The notes below the pieces were generated by a model. The model was not told the DNA's origin. It did not search any database and saw only the letters and a list, made by a program, of their open reading frames with translations. Source: an uncultured Flavobacteriaceae bacterium (lineage in GTDB: Bacteria; Bacteroidota; Bacteroidia; Flavobacteriales; Flavobacteriaceae). From it: a stretch of DNA of 64,000 nucleotides. The position numbers and the translations under genes were made by a program. Below are positions 39,967 through 50,983 of this stretch, piece by piece (the first letter of the stretch is position 1; every line of letters starts with the position of its first letter). The DNA lies in the NCBI GenBank assembly GCA_938017825.1, contig CALIJE010000016.1, positions 8,358-72,357 of the forward strand, in the 5' to 3' direction.

Positions 39967-42177
39967 TTAGTCTCGATCTCTTCTTGGTTTACGATCTCTA
40001 TTATCGCGACCACGACGGTCATCCCTTCTGCGTGGCGGTCTTTCTACATAACCTTCGGGTTTTGGTAAAAGTGCCTTTCTAGAAACTTTCTCTTTTCGCG
40101 TTCTTGGGTCGGTACCTAAGTACTTCACTTCGAATTCGTCTCCCATGTTTACTACATCGGAAACGTTCTCAGTGCGTTCCCAAGCCAATTCAGAAACGTG
40201 AAGCAGAGTTTCGTTTCCAGGGGCATCCATATACTCGACTACAGCACCAAAATCGAGCATCTTAATGACTTTGACCTGATAGGTCTCGTTCATTTGAGGT
40301 TTGAACATCAACGAGTCAATTTTCGCTTGAACGGCCAAAATACCTTCTTCCGCGGTGCCCAATATCTCAACAATACCTTCTTCGGTCACAGGGTCTTCAT
40401 TGATCACAATGGTCGTACCTGTTTCTTTCTGAAGTTCTTGAATCACTTTTCCTCCCGGACCGATTAGCGCTCCGATAAATTCGTTCGGAATTACTCGTGT
40501 CACCATTCGTGGCGCATGAGGTTTTACATCAGCTGCAGGGGCTGCAATGGTGTCGGTCAATTTTTCCAAAATGTGTAGACGACCATCCTTTGCCTGCATC
40601 AAGGCCTTTACCAATATTTCATATGATAAGCCCTTAACCTTAATATCCATCTGACAAGCAGTAATACCGTCAGCGGTACCGGTTACTTTAAAGTCCATAT
40701 CACCAAGGTGGTCCTCATCTCCAAGGATATCCGATAACACTGCATATTTTCCAGAATCGGCGTCAGAAATCAAGCCCATGGCGATACCAGAAACGGGTTT
40801 TTTGAGTTGAACGCCCGCATCCATCATGGCCATTGTACCCGAACACACTGTTGCCATTGAAGAGGAACCATTCGATTCCAATACTTCCGAGACCACACGA
40901 ACGGTGTATGGGCAGTCATCTGGTACCATGCCCTTTAAAGCGCGCTGTGCAAGGTTACCGTGACCAACTTCTCTACGAGATGTTCCACGGATCGGTCGTG
41001 CTTCACCGGTACAAAAAGGTGGGAAGTTGTAATGCAGATAGAAATTCTCCTCCCCTTCATGAGATGGCATATCTATTTTATTTGCATCGCGTGATGTACC
41101 CAATGTTACTGTGGCCAAGGCTTGCGTTTCTCCTCTGGTAAATACAGCAGAACCATGTGTTGATGGTAGGTAATCAACTTCACACCAAATCGGCCGAATA
41201 TCAGTGGTTTTACGCCCATCCAATCGTTGGCCTTCATTTAAGGTGAGGTCCCGAATTGCAGCTTTTTCAGCAGCTCGGTAGTATTTGGAAACCAAATCAC
41301 CGAAATCTTCTAACTCTTCTTCCGTAAAGGTGGCCTTAATTTCTTCTTTTATTTCTGAAAATGCGGCACTTCTCTCATGCTTGGCAGATCCTGCTTTTGC
41401 AATGGCATAAACTTTATCATACGCCATATCGTGAATTTTTTTGGCAAGATCTTCATCTGATCTTTCTTCCGGATATTCACGAACTTCCTTCTTTCCAAAG
41501 GCCTCGGCCAATCGTAGTTGGGCAGCACATTGTACTTTTATGGCTTCATGGGCAAATTTGATCGCCTCGGTCATTTCTTCTTCAGAAATCTCATCCATCT
41601 CCCCTTCGACCATCATTACAGAATCGGCCGAAGCACCGATCATCATATCAATATCGGATTCTTCTAATTGTGCTCTTGTAGGATTGATTATGAACTCACC
41701 ATTTACACGACCCACACGAGCCTCGGAAATAGCACATTCAAATGGAAAATCTGATAATTGAATTGCTGCCGATGCGGCCAAACCTGCCATGGCATCTGGC
41801 ATAACATCCTCGTCATGCGACATCAATTGAATCATCACCTGGGTTTCAGAGTGATAATCTTTTGGGAATAACGGGCGTAAAACGCGGTCTACTAAACGCA
41901 TTGTCAAAACTTCACCATCACTTGGCCTTGCCTCTCTTTTGAAGAAACCACCCGGATAACGACCGGCCGCTGCGAATTTTTCGCGATAATCAACGGTTAG
42001 CGGTAGAAAATCTACATCTTTTTGTTCATAGTTCGATACTACCGTACACAGTAGCATACATTTTCCTGATTGTACGACTACAGAACCATGTGCCTGTTTC
42101 GCTAATTTTCCGGTTTCGATAGAAATCTCTCTACCGTCACCAAGGTCGATGACCTCTTTAAATACTTTTGGAATCAT
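39967..42177 (-). CDS. pnp: Polynucleotide phosphorylase
   Basis: Two RNase PH domains ([28 protein letters not shown]), KH (IGPGG), S1. Confidence 0.98.
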   Translation of the reverse strand: MIPKVFKEVIDLGDGREISIETGKLAKQAHGSVVVQSGKCMLLCTVVSNYEQKDVDFLPLTVDYREKFAAAGRYPGGFFKREARPSDGEVLTMRLVDRVLRPLFPKDYHSETQVMIQLMSHDEDVMPDAMAGLAASAAIQLSDFPFECAISEARVGRVNGEFIINPTRAQLEESDIDMMIGASADSVMMVEGEMDEISEEEMTEAIKFAHEAIKVQCAAQLRLAEAFGKKEVREYPEERSDEDLAKKIHDMAYDKVYAIAKAGSAKHERSAAFSEIKEEIKATFTEEELEDFGDLVSKYYRAAEKAAIRDLTLNEGQRLDGRKTTDIRPIWCEVDYLPSTHGSAVFTRGETQALATVTLGTSRDANKIDMPSHEGEENFYLHYNFPPFCTGEARPIRGTSRREVGHGNLAQRALKGMVPDDCPYTVRVVSEVLESNGSSSMATVCSGTMAMMDAGVQLKKPVSGIAMGLISDADSGKYAVLSDILGDEDHLGDMDFKVTGTADGITACQMDIKVKGLSYEILVKALMQAKDGRLHILEKLTDTIAAPAADVKPHAPRMVTRVIPNEFIGALIGPGGKVIQELQKETGTTIVINEDPVTEEGIVEILGTAEEGILAVQAKIDSLMFKPQMNETYQVKVIKMLDFGAVVEYMDAPGNETLLHVSELAWERTENVSDVVNMGDEFEVKYLGTDPRTRKEKVSRKALLPKPEGYVERPPRRRDDRRGRDNRDRKPRRDRD

Positions 42178-42331
42178 AAATTTGATTTAATACCCGTGCA
42201 TACGGGATTTTGTTGAACAATGGTCACTCCGCCATGATGATTTCTCTGGCCGGAGTTGTTGTGTTGTGTTGACCAATGAAAAACTGTGTGCAGCTTTTAA
42301 TTTTGCCTCGGTTTGCCGAGGGCTATATATA

Positions 42332-42360
42332 AAAATAGGGGCTGAATAAAATCAGCCCCT
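42332..42360 (-). terminator. Hairpin/terminator after rpsO
   Basis: AGGGGCTGA-N6-TCAGCCCCT followed by ATTTTT on the minus strand. Confidence 0.75.
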
Positions 42361-42367
42361 GAAAAAA

Positions 42368-42637
42368 TTATTTTCTAATATTCAATTCCTTGATAAGCTC
42401 ACGATACTTTACAATATCTTTCTTCATCATATAATCTAAAAGACTCCTTCTTTTTCCTACCAGTTTTACCAATGAACGTTCGGTGTTGTAGTCTTTATGA
42501 TTCTTTTTAAGGTGACCGGTCAAGTGATTTATGCGATAGGTGAACAACGCGATTTGACCTTCGGTAGAACCTGTGTTCTCCGCTTTCCCGCCATGTTTCT
42601 TGAAAATTTTGGCTTTCTCTTCTTTTGTTAAATACAT
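42368..42637 (-). CDS. rpsO: 30S ribosomal protein S15
   Basis: NTGSTEGQIA, HKDYNTERSL, KRRSLLDY; 89 aa. Confidence 0.98.
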   Translation of the reverse strand: MYLTKEEKAKIFKKHGGKAENTGSTEGQIALFTYRINHLTGHLKKNHKDYNTERSLVKLVGKRRSLLDYMMKKDIVKYRELIKELNIRK

Positions 42638-42699
42638 TCCAATATTATTTTAAATGATTTTTATGTATCTGACTGATTTTCAATCAGGCCGCAAATATA
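42638..42699 (-). promoter_or_regulatory. rpsO promoter and short structured leader (candidate S15 leader)
   Basis: TATATTTG at 42699-42692, then hairpin CTGATT-GAA-AATCAG and an A-rich initiation region. Confidence 0.55.
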
Positions 42700-42869
42700 A
42701 GACTATTATAATTTGTACATATCATTATTGCACTTTTTTTAGAAGGTGATTAAACCTTTTGGAAAGATCGGTATCCTACAAAGCACTAAGTCATTTCTAC
42801 GGTTTATACTAGTTGAACTTAAAATGGCCCCACAAATTCCACTTTTATTAACCCAAAAAAATTGATAAA

Positions 42870-43733
42870 ATGAAAAAGCATTTAAAGAGTTTTCAATTAA
42901 GAGGATTGGTGCTAATAGCCGTAATGGCAATTGTCTCTTGTAGCAAGGAAGAAGGTCAACAAACTCAAGAACAAGAAAGTTTCGACCTCGTTGAATTAAA
43001 AGCCAGCGATGAGTCCGAATTGATCTCGGAAGAAATAATCAATATTGGAGAGGACGTATATAGTACCGATGAAATTAGGACAACCTCAAGAGGGCTTTAT
43101 ACTTCAGATTATTTGCCTTCTTGCGTAACCATCACCACGGTTCTTACAGAAACCTCCAAGAAAAAAACTATTGATTTTGGAACGGGATGTGAATTGCCAA
43201 ATGGTAATGTTCTGAGCGGAATTATTTCTATGAGCTATGCCAAGGATATGGTAGCAGCATCGAAAACCTTGGATATTTCTTTAGAAAATTTCACCTTTAA
43301 TAACGTAGCTGTTACGGGTAGTGTCGCAGTTGAACGGCTTAGGGCGAACGACAATGGAAATCCGGAAGCAGTCGCTATTGGTTCGTTTGAGGCCGTATGG
43401 CCCGATGGTGAGACGGCTAGCTTCACGGGCAATAGAACTAGAGAATGGATAGAAGGTTATGGCAGCGGTTTTTGGGGAGACAATGTTGTATTGATTTCCG
43501 GTAAGCGCACCTATAACGGAAAACAAGGGAACGTATTCGTAAAAGAGACTATAACCCCATTGCGCAGAGAATGGTCTTGTAGGTTCTTGGTCAGCGGTAT
43601 AGTTGAAATTTCAAAAAACGAAAATACTGCAACCTTGGATTTTGGAGACGGGAGCTGTGATGCAATTGGTACATTGACCTATCCTAATGGTTCATCGCAA
43701 GAGATATTCCTTAGAAGATTCAAGAACAACTAG
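42870..43733 (+). CDS. Beta-rich lipoprotein of unknown function
   Basis: Lipobox IVSC followed by SKEE; DFGTGC and DFGDGSC motifs. Confidence 0.78.
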   Translation: MKKHLKSFQLRGLVLIAVMAIVSCSKEEGQQTQEQESFDLVELKASDESELISEEIINIGEDVYSTDEIRTTSRGLYTSDYLPSCVTITTVLTETSKKKTIDFGTGCELPNGNVLSGIISMSYAKDMVAASKTLDISLENFTFNNVAVTGSVAVERLRANDNGNPEAVAIGSFEAVWPDGETASFTGNRTREWIEGYGSGFWGDNVVLISGKRTYNGKQGNVFVKETITPLRREWSCRFLVSGIVEISKNENTATLDFGDGSCDAIGTLTYPNGSSQEIFLRRFKNN

Positions 43734-43752
43734 CTGTAGACATAAGTTGAAT

Positions 43753-43796
43753 AAAATGTCTTGTACTCCCATGGTAATGGGAGACAGGGCATTTTT
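43753..43796. terminator. Bidirectional terminator between the lipoprotein gene and accD
   Basis: AAAATGTCTTGTACTCCCA-N6-TGGGAGACAGGGCATTTTTT. Confidence 0.7.
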
Positions 43797-44656
43797 TATT
43801 CCCTTACGGCCTTGTTGCGAATCAAATCGATATACAGATTTACCTTCTCTTTCAATTGGCTACGGTGCACGATAAAATCCAAAAATCCGTGTTCCAATAG
43901 AAATTCGGCCGTTTGAAATCCTTCCGGTAGTTCTTGTCCGGTCGCTTCTTTCACAACCCGTGGCCCTGCAAAGGCAATCAATGCACCCGGTTCGGCGATG
44001 TTAATGTCTCCTAGCATCGCATAAGAGGCTGTTGTTCCCCCAGTGGTTGGGTCGGTACAAAGCGAAATATACGGCAGGCCAGCCTCTGCGAGCTGTGCTA
44101 ATTTTGCGGAAGTTTTTGCCAACTGCATAAGAGAAAGCGCTGCTTCCATCATACGTGCACCACCAGATTTCGAAATCATCATAAACGGAACTTTCTTTTT
44201 AATGGCATGGTCTATTGCGCGGGCTATTTTTTCCCCTACAACGCTGCCCATAGATCCCCCGATAAAGGCAAAGTCCATACAGGCAATTACGATATCGTTA
44301 CCATTTGATTTTCCTGTGGCGGTGCGCACTGCATCTTTAAGGCCTGTCTTTTTTTGAGCGGCCTTTAATCGATCCGAGTACTTTTTCGTATCCTCGAATT
44401 TGAGTGGATCTTTTGAACTGAGTTTATGGTCTAACTCTTTAAATTTATTGTCATCGAAAAGAATTTCAAAATATTCCTTGCTGCCGATACGAACATGATA
44501 ATCGTCTTCGGGACTTACATAAAAGTTCTTTGCCAGAACTTCAGATTCAACAATCTTGCCGGTAGGTGATTTATACCAAAGGCCTTTTGGGGTGTCTTTT
44601 TTTTCTTCGGTCGCTGTTTGTATTCCCTTTTCCTTTCTTTTGAACCATGCACTCAT
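43796..44656 (-). CDS. accD: Acetyl-CoA carboxylase carboxyltransferase beta subunit
   Basis: [41 protein letters not shown]. Confidence 0.97.
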   Translation of the reverse strand: MSAWFKRKEKGIQTATEEKKDTPKGLWYKSPTGKIVESEVLAKNFYVSPEDDYHVRIGSKEYFEILFDDNKFKELDHKLSSKDPLKFEDTKKYSDRLKAAQKKTGLKDAVRTATGKSNGNDIVIACMDFAFIGGSMGSVVGEKIARAIDHAIKKKVPFMMISKSGGARMMEAALSLMQLAKTSAKLAQLAEAGLPYISLCTDPTTGGTTASYAMLGDINIAEPGALIAFAGPRVVKEATGQELPEGFQTAEFLLEHGFLDFIVHRSQLKEKVNLYIDLIRNKAVRE

Positions 44657-44688
44657 ATCATTCGTATTAAAGGTTAAACTGTTGGTAC

Positions 44689-45756
44689 CTATAAGGTATT
44701 CACATTATTTAAATCTTCAAAGGCTTTTTTCAAACGTTCAATGAAGCTCTTCTCGCCCTCCCTAAGCCATACCCTTGGGTCGTATTTCTTTTTATTGGGC
44801 TCGTCCGGACCGTCTGGATTTCCTATTTGCGTTTGCAAATAGTCTTTGTTGGTCTGCACGTAATCGCGCACCCCTGAAAGAAAAGCGTACTGCAGGTCTG
44901 TGTCGATATTCATTTTAATGACACCATAGCTAATGCCTTCACGAATTTCTTCAACCGTGGATCCCGATCCGCCATGAAAAACAAAATCGATATGGTTGTG
45001 TTCAACACCATATTTTTCACTGACGAATTCTTGCGAATTTTTTAGAATTTTTGGTGTTAATTTTACATTCCCAGGTTTATACACACCGTGCACATTTCCG
45101 AAGGCGGCGGCAACTGTAAAGCGAGGGCTAACTTTTGAAAGTTCCTCGTATGCATACGCCACTTCTTCAGGTTGTGTGTATAGCTTAGAATCATCGACAT
45201 CGGAGTTGTCCACTCCATCTTCTTCACCACCGGTAATTCCCAATTCGATTTCAAGAGTCATATCCATCTTTGCCATTCTGGCTAGATATTCTTTACAAAT
45301 CGCAATATTTTCTTCAATCGGTTCCTCCGAAAGATCGATCATATGGGAACTGAAAAGGGACTTCCCAGTTTCGGCATAATGTTTTTCACTGGCATCTAAC
45401 AACCCGTCAATCCAGGGCAACAGTTTTTTGGCACAATGATCGGTATGAAGTATTACGGTTGCGCCATAAGCTTCCGCCAATTGATGCACATGCTTGGCTC
45501 CTGCAACCGCTCCTTGAATGGCCGCATTCTGTCCTTCATTGGAAAGCCCTTTACCTGCATTGAATTGGGCACCACCATTCGAAAACTGAATAATAACCGG
45601 TGCATTTAAGGCTGCTGCTGTTTCTAATACGCCGTTCATTGTATTCGAACCAATTACATTTACCGCTGGTAAGGCAAAGCCTTTTTCTTTAGCATAGTTG
45701 AATATCGCTTGTACTTCATCGCCAGTTGCAACGCCCGGCTTAATATTGTGCCCCAT
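44689..45756 (-). CDS. fbaA: Class II fructose-bisphosphate aldolase
   Basis: [30 protein letters not shown]. Confidence 0.97.
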   Translation of the reverse strand: MGHNIKPGVATGDEVQAIFNYAKEKGFALPAVNVIGSNTMNGVLETAAALNAPVIIQFSNGGAQFNAGKGLSNEGQNAAIQGAVAGAKHVHQLAEAYGATVILHTDHCAKKLLPWIDGLLDASEKHYAETGKSLFSSHMIDLSEEPIEENIAICKEYLARMAKMDMTLEIELGITGGEEDGVDNSDVDDSKLYTQPEEVAYAYEELSKVSPRFTVAAAFGNVHGVYKPGNVKLTPKILKNSQEFVSEKYGVEHNHIDFVFHGGSGSTVEEIREGISYGVIKMNIDTDLQYAFLSGVRDYVQTNKDYLQTQIGNPDGPDEPNKKKYDPRVWLREGEKSFIERLKKAFEDLNNVNTL

Positions 45757-45878
45757 AATTGTGGTCTGTTAGTTTATAGATTTAAAAGGACAAAAGTAAT
45801 AAAATAACTAGAAGCGCATTGTTGGTTATTCTCAATTTTAAGATTGTAAAAATGTCATTTTCGCACTTTTGCTTACCG

Positions 45879-48467
45879 TTAAAATGGATAGTTGATTCCG
45901 ATTTGCAAAACAGAATTTCCAAAATTGTAATCTCTAAACCATCTTTTGTTCTGAATTTCTGCCGGGTTATAGGTCTTGAAACCAACATCGACCCTAAAAA
46001 CGAAATAGGTAAAATCATATCGAACACCAAATCCGGAACCGATGGCAATATCGTTCAAAGAACTTATGCCCACGAATTTTGCATCGGGATTATCAACGTC
46101 GTCAAATACATTCCATATGTTACCGGCGTCTACAAAAAGAGCTCCTTTAAAGTCACCGACTATGGGGAAGCGATACTCTAAGTTGAGGGCCAATTTTAGG
46201 TTCGCTTCGTTAAAATCCTGCAGTGCATTTGTTCGTCCCGGTCCCAGTGAGTATGGGAACCATCCCCTATTGTCATTGGGGCCACCGGCAAAATAACTCC
46301 GTACAAAGGGGATACTTGTCGCATTGCCATAAGGTATGGCGATGCCAGCAAAAGAACGAAAGGCCAGCACATTCGAACGATTCAAATCCCAATATTTCAC
46401 ATAATCGAATTCTGTTTTGATGTATTGGGAAAAAGGTACATTAATGATTTCTTTCTGCCCGTTTTCATTTTTTTTGAAATCTATTATTCCAGAAAGTGCC
46501 GAAAGAATATTGCCAGCACTTTCTACCTTAAAACGAAATTGATAATACCTATTATCGGTAATACCTGTTTTATTGTTCAAGTTAAAAGTATAGTTGGTCG
46601 TTGAGATGAGGTTGTTCTGAATTAGGCGCTCTCTGCGTTCATCAACTTGATTAACGGTTTCTAAATTATCGGAACCTACTGGCAAGGCGCCATTCTGAAT
46701 TTCAAGGATTAGACTATCGATTCCCGTTGGTACGATTAGTCTAGGCTCGGTAGCACCATCAGGGATTTCAAAGTATTGCGGCCTGTTGGCCAAATATGGG
46801 TTAGCAGTGTCTGTCGCAAAATCGTTGATACTGTTATAGGAACTGCGGTAAAAATTAAAGAACTGATCGGTTCTAAGGTTGTTCACATATTGTACGTTGA
46901 TCAGCTCTATGTTGTGTTTAATGCGATCAGAGGGAGTCCAATTATATGCCAGGGTGGTATTGAAAGTCTGTTTGTCTAGCCCCACATTTTTTTGGGAAGT
47001 ATAGCCTAATGACAATCGTGTTCTGGGTAGTGTATATCCTGGAATGAACTTGTTTGTATTTACGAATGGAAACCATATTCGTGGAAAATCAAGGCTAAGG
47101 TCAATACCATATTCCTGAATATTGAAAAAACGGTCGTCCTCTAGATTGGGGTCTCTAGAATTACCAACGCTTATTCTTCCCGACAAACTTAGATTTTCAG
47201 CCCCTCTAAAAACATTGCGCGCCACGAGGGCCGGACTATAACCAATACCAATGTTCTGAATACTCGATTGGGTAACATCGATATTTTGGTTGAGCGAATA
47301 CTTAGGTCTCGCGGAGAGGTATATGTTTGCGGTTAAGCTGTTTCCGGTACTATCCTCAACAGTGGTTATCGTAGGATAGCGAAAAACGTTTAGATCGTTA
47401 ATACGCCTGTAGGTATCGACCTTGTCCTTGTTGCGGTATACGCTATCTGGTTCAAAGAAAATTGCTTCGGTGAGGGTTTCTGGTTTAAAGCGCAATTTCC
47501 CACGGTAAAAAATAGTGTACCCATTATGGCGAATAAATTGCTGTTCGGCATCGCGCTCGTCATAAAGAAAATCAGTGTAGATATTGATCTTGTCAAAGGC
47601 AAAAACTTTATAAGGTTTTGAGCTGGTTGTACCTTCACCTCTTGTTTTTAGGTCATCTATCCTTAAAATAACATTTTGTTTTTGGTCATTGGCGACTTTG
47701 GTGGTATCTCCCACAAAATCGAATCCGGCAGAACTTTCTTGAAAATTATATACCCCATTCTCGCGAAACAGGGTAGTCAGCCGTTGCCGTTCGTCTATAA
47801 AATCGTTAATATCTATTTGGTTGCCAGCTTTGATATGGGAGTCAGCTAGATTTAGTTGATAAATGGAATCGAGCGCTGGAGAGGTGATACGGTGCGAAAC
47901 CGAATCGATCATTGCGGGTTTTCCTAAGCTAAGTTTATATTTTACTTCAACACGCTGTTTTTTGTCAAGCGAGTCGATTTCATATGTGGTATTGTTATTA
48001 AAGTACCCTCGGTTACGGTAATAGTCGCTCAGGCGTTCTAAAGACCTTCGGGTCAACGAGGTATCTAAAATGGCAGGTGGTTCACCTATTCCCTTTAAGG
48101 TTTGGCTAAGGCCTTTTACCAAATATGATTCCCCTAGGCGCTCTACTTGTTTTTGAGATAAAATTTTAGCCAGTCGTTCTTCACGGCCCGGCTTGCGATT
48201 TAGCCATGCCTGGTATGAAGAATCGGGATTTTTTTTTGCCCAATTATATATATTTAGCCGAAGAGGGTAACCTAGAAGTTTGGTGTTTTCTTTTTGCAAA
48301 ATGAGGGTTTCGATATCCTCATCATTGATTTTGCTGCTATCTACGTAAATGCTGTTTTTGTAAATGAGCATTTCATCTTCGTCTACACGTTTTAGTGTAT
48401 TACAAGAGACACCGAGTAGGACTAAAAATAATAGGCTTATTTTAGCTCTGGAATTTTTCGTTCGCAA
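45879..48467 (-). CDS. tamL: Omp85-family lipoprotein (TamL-like); start approximate
   Basis: Lipobox GVSC, POTRA-like domains, YFAGG-x-NDNRGW lid motif, C-terminal INYPF. Confidence 0.8.
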   Translation of the reverse strand: MRTKNSRAKISLLFLVLLGVSCNTLKRVDEDEMLIYKNSIYVDSSKINDEDIETLILQKENTKLLGYPLRLNIYNWAKKNPDSSYQAWLNRKPGREERLAKILSQKQVERLGESYLVKGLSQTLKGIGEPPAILDTSLTRRSLERLSDYYRNRGYFNNNTTYEIDSLDKKQRVEVKYKLSLGKPAMIDSVSHRITSPALDSIYQLNLADSHIKAGNQIDINDFIDERQRLTTLFRENGVYNFQESSAGFDFVGDTTKVANDQKQNVILRIDDLKTRGEGTTSSKPYKVFAFDKINIYTDFLYDERDAEQQFIRHNGYTIFYRGKLRFKPETLTEAIFFEPDSVYRNKDKVDTYRRINDLNVFRYPTITTVEDSTGNSLTANIYLSARPKYSLNQNIDVTQSSIQNIGIGYSPALVARNVFRGAENLSLSGRISVGNSRDPNLEDDRFFNIQEYGIDLSLDFPRIWFPFVNTNKFIPGYTLPRTRLSLGYTSQKNVGLDKQTFNTTLAYNWTPSDRIKHNIELINVQYVNNLRTDQFFNFYRSSYNSINDFATDTANPYLANRPQYFEIPDGATEPRLIVPTGIDSLILEIQNGALPVGSDNLETVNQVDERRERLIQNNLISTTNYTFNLNNKTGITDNRYYQFRFKVESAGNILSALSGIIDFKKNENGQKEIINVPFSQYIKTEFDYVKYWDLNRSNVLAFRSFAGIAIPYGNATSIPFVRSYFAGGPNDNRGWFPYSLGPGRTNALQDFNEANLKLALNLEYRFPIVGDFKGALFVDAGNIWNVFDDVDNPDAKFVGISSLNDIAIGSGFGVRYDFTYFVFRVDVGFKTYNPAEIQNKRWFRDYNFGNSVLQIGINYPF

Positions 48468-48513
48468 AGGTCTCCACATAGAAATCAAAAATACACTATT
48501 TACAGATTATAAT

Positions 48514-49236
48514 ATGGTTGTCAAAAACCAAATAAAATTGATTAAAAGCTTACAGCAAAAAAAGTACCGTAATCAACACGGTATGTTTGTGGTCGAGGGT
48601 ATAAAATCGGTAAGGGAGTTTTTAGACTCCCATTATAAGGTCGTTAAGATCTATGTTTCACAGGAGAAACTTTTTGATATGAATACGTCCGATTTTGAGT
48701 TGGTTTCCCAAAAAGAATTGGCCCAAATGAGTGGATTACATTCCCCGAGTCCTGTTTTGGGTGTATTTCATATCCCCCAACCAAAAAAGATCGATTTTGA
48801 AGACTGGGTGCTTGTCTTGGATGATGTGCGCGATCCAGGAAATTTAGGAACCATTATTCGTTTGTGTGATTGGTATGGCATTAAGCACTTGGTTTGCTCT
48901 GAACAAACGGTAGATTGTTACAATCCAAAAGTATTGCAGGCAACTATGGGGTCTAGTACGCGGGTAAATATTGGGTATACTGATTTGGCGTCGTTTTTGA
49001 ACAAGGTTGATGTACCCGTATTTGGTACCTTCATGAGTGGCAACTCGGTTCATGAAGAAAGCCTACCCTCGAAAGGTATTCTCGTTATGGGCAATGAGGC
49101 ACATGGTATTGGCAAAACAATTGCTGATACTATTTTGAACAAAATTAGCATACCACAATTCGGCGACCAAACGACCGAAAGCCTAAACGTGGCAAGTGCA
49201 ACTGCAATTTTTTTGAATGAAATTAGAAGAAGTTGA
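48514..49236 (+). CDS. TrmH/SpoU-family RNA methyltransferase
   Basis: DPGNLGTIIR, MGNEAHG, ESLNVA; ATG at 48514. Confidence 0.92.
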   Translation: MVVKNQIKLIKSLQQKKYRNQHGMFVVEGIKSVREFLDSHYKVVKIYVSQEKLFDMNTSDFELVSQKELAQMSGLHSPSPVLGVFHIPQPKKIDFEDWVLVLDDVRDPGNLGTIIRLCDWYGIKHLVCSEQTVDCYNPKVLQATMGSSTRVNIGYTDLASFLNKVDVPVFGTFMSGNSVHEESLPSKGILVMGNEAHGIGKTIADTILNKISIPQFGDQTTESLNVASATAIFLNEIRRS

Positions 49237-49290
49237 ACGCAGACAATTAGTTTTGCGCAACTTAGCGCGGGTCAAAGGACAGTTGATCTG

Positions 49291-50001
49291 CTATTCGAAT
49301 GTAAAGTTTATAAAAAGTCCTCTAGTTCGAAATGCTTCTATATTTCCTGTCCACGGACTATTGGGATCGGCATCGGGAATAATTTCGTCATTGATCGTAA
49401 ATACCCCCCTTATGCTTGGTGTAAATTTGAAGTATTCTAGATAAAAGTCTATCCCGAAGCCAAGTTCATAATTGTAGTTCCATTTTTTCATCCTAAAGGT
49501 ACCGCTACTATTGTCATCCTTATTCGATTCATTACTTCCTAAGTTTAGCGAAACCGATGGTCCGGCCAACAGAAATGGCTTAAAATTTCCAAATCGCTTG
49601 GTATTGATCTTGAGTAATAATGGAAAATTGATATAGGTACTTTTTACCTCGCGCTTTATGTTGACGTCTGTAGCATCATCTCCTGTAAAGCCTGGAAAGA
49701 ACAAGGTTCTGGCATTGTAATGTAATCCTGGTTCGATTCGCAGGTCAAAAAATTCGCTAATCCGCATCTCGCCGATAAGACCAACATTAAATCCTACCGT
49801 TTTGTCTACAAGGATATCCCTGCCAGTATTATTTCGATAATCGAATTTGAAATCATACTGGTTAAAACCCAAAAAATAGCCGTAATTAAGGATTTTCTTG
49901 TCCTTGTTCTCGATATTTAGGACAGGGTTTTCCTTAAACTGCGCTTCGGCATAAAGGCCAAAAAAGAACAATCCGATGAGTAGCAAAAGGGTATTCCTCA
50001 T
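49291..50001 (-). CDS. porT: T9SS outer-membrane protein PorT/SprT
   Basis: Signal peptide, GYFLGFN, GFNVGLIG, ELGFGIDFY, FTPSIRG; directly downstream of menG/ubiE. Confidence 0.85.
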   Translation of the reverse strand: MRNTLLLLIGLFFFGLYAEAQFKENPVLNIENKDKKILNYGYFLGFNQYDFKFDYRNNTGRDILVDKTVGFNVGLIGEMRISEFFDLRIEPGLHYNARTLFFPGFTGDDATDVNIKREVKSTYINFPLLLKINTKRFGNFKPFLLAGPSVSLNLGSNESNKDDNSSGTFRMKKWNYNYELGFGIDFYLEYFKFTPSIRGVFTINDEIIPDADPNSPWTGNIEAFRTRGLFINFTFE

Positions 50002-50005
50002 ATTT

Positions 50006-50734
50006 TTACTTTGTAGCAACATAGATGGATGCAACCCCAAAAGTCTGAGGTCTGTTTTCTACCTCTATAAACCCGATTTTGCGCAAAATATTGTTGAAAG
50101 CTTTGCCATGGGGAAAAACTGCGGCCGATTCGCTTAAATACCGATACGCAGAGCGGTCCTTCGAAAAAAGTCGGCCTACAACTGGTAACATGTATTTGCA
50201 GTATACGTGATAACCCTGTTTATAGGGTGTTTTTGTGGGTACCGAGGTCTCTAGAACCACAAATGTTCCATCTTTGGCAAGTACCCGGTAAATTTCAGAC
50301 AGGCCTTTTTCGAGTGTTTCGAAATTACGAACCCCAAAGGCAACAGTTACGGCATCAAAACTATTGTCTTCGTAAGGCAAATTTTCACTATCGCCTACAA
50401 TCATTTCAATAGTATTGACCAAGTTCTTCTCAGCGACCTTTTCCTTGCCAACCGCTAACATGCCCGGGGAGATATCCAAACCAACAATGCGCTGGGCTCC
50501 TGTCTCCATTAGGTTAATGGCCAAATCACCAGTTCCTGTTGCAATATCTAGAATGCTTTTAGGCTTCTTCTCCTTCAGTAGCTTTACCACTCGTTTACGC
50601 CACTTTATATCAATTCCAAAAGAGATTACGCGGTTTAGTCCGTCGTAATTCTTGCTGATGTTATCGAACATTTTGGTAACCTGTTCTTTTTTTCCACCTT
50701 CACCTGATCCATAAGGGGTTACTTTTTCGGACAT
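50006..50734 (-). CDS. menG: Demethylmenaquinone methyltransferase (UbiE/MenG)
   Basis: MFDNI-x-x-NYD, LDIATGTGD, AFGVRN, AYRYLSES; ATG at 50734. Confidence 0.93.
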   Translation of the reverse strand: MSEKVTPYGSGEGGKKEQVTKMFDNISKNYDGLNRVISFGIDIKWRKRVVKLLKEKKPKSILDIATGTGDLAINLMETGAQRIVGLDISPGMLAVGKEKVAEKNLVNTIEMIVGDSENLPYEDNSFDAVTVAFGVRNFETLEKGLSEIYRVLAKDGTFVVLETSVPTKTPYKQGYHVYCKYMLPVVGRLFSKDRSAYRYLSESAAVFPHGKAFNNILRKIGFIEVENRPQTFGVASIYVATK

Positions 50735-50983
50735 TTTCAGAATTTTCTGCAAAGATACGACCTGTGTACTTTAATAATGCCCCAATTGAGCCATTAAACA
50801 CTTAGGATGTACTGTTCAATTATCGGTTAATTTTTAAGGCATGGGGAATAAAATGTGTAATTTTGCGCTATAGTACTGGCAAAACCTTTCTTAATATGAA
50901 CTGCAAAAGAGCCATAACACATGGCATTTCTTTCTTTCTGGCAACAAAATGTTGACCAATAGCATTCAAGATGAACTAAATAG

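Noticed and set aside
39970-40040. Arg/Asp repeats at the PNPase C-terminus
   Set aside because: Ordinary low-complexity tail, not a DNA repeat element
44500-44656. AccD lacks the C4 zinc finger (KSP...SPED in place of CxxC)
   Set aside because: As I recall, a common Flavobacteriaceae variant; catalytic motifs are intact
48364-48513. Apparent head-to-head overlap of trmH and tamL in the ORF track
   Set aside because: Artefact of longest-ORF starts; with ATG 48514 and a tamL start at or below 48479 there is no overlap
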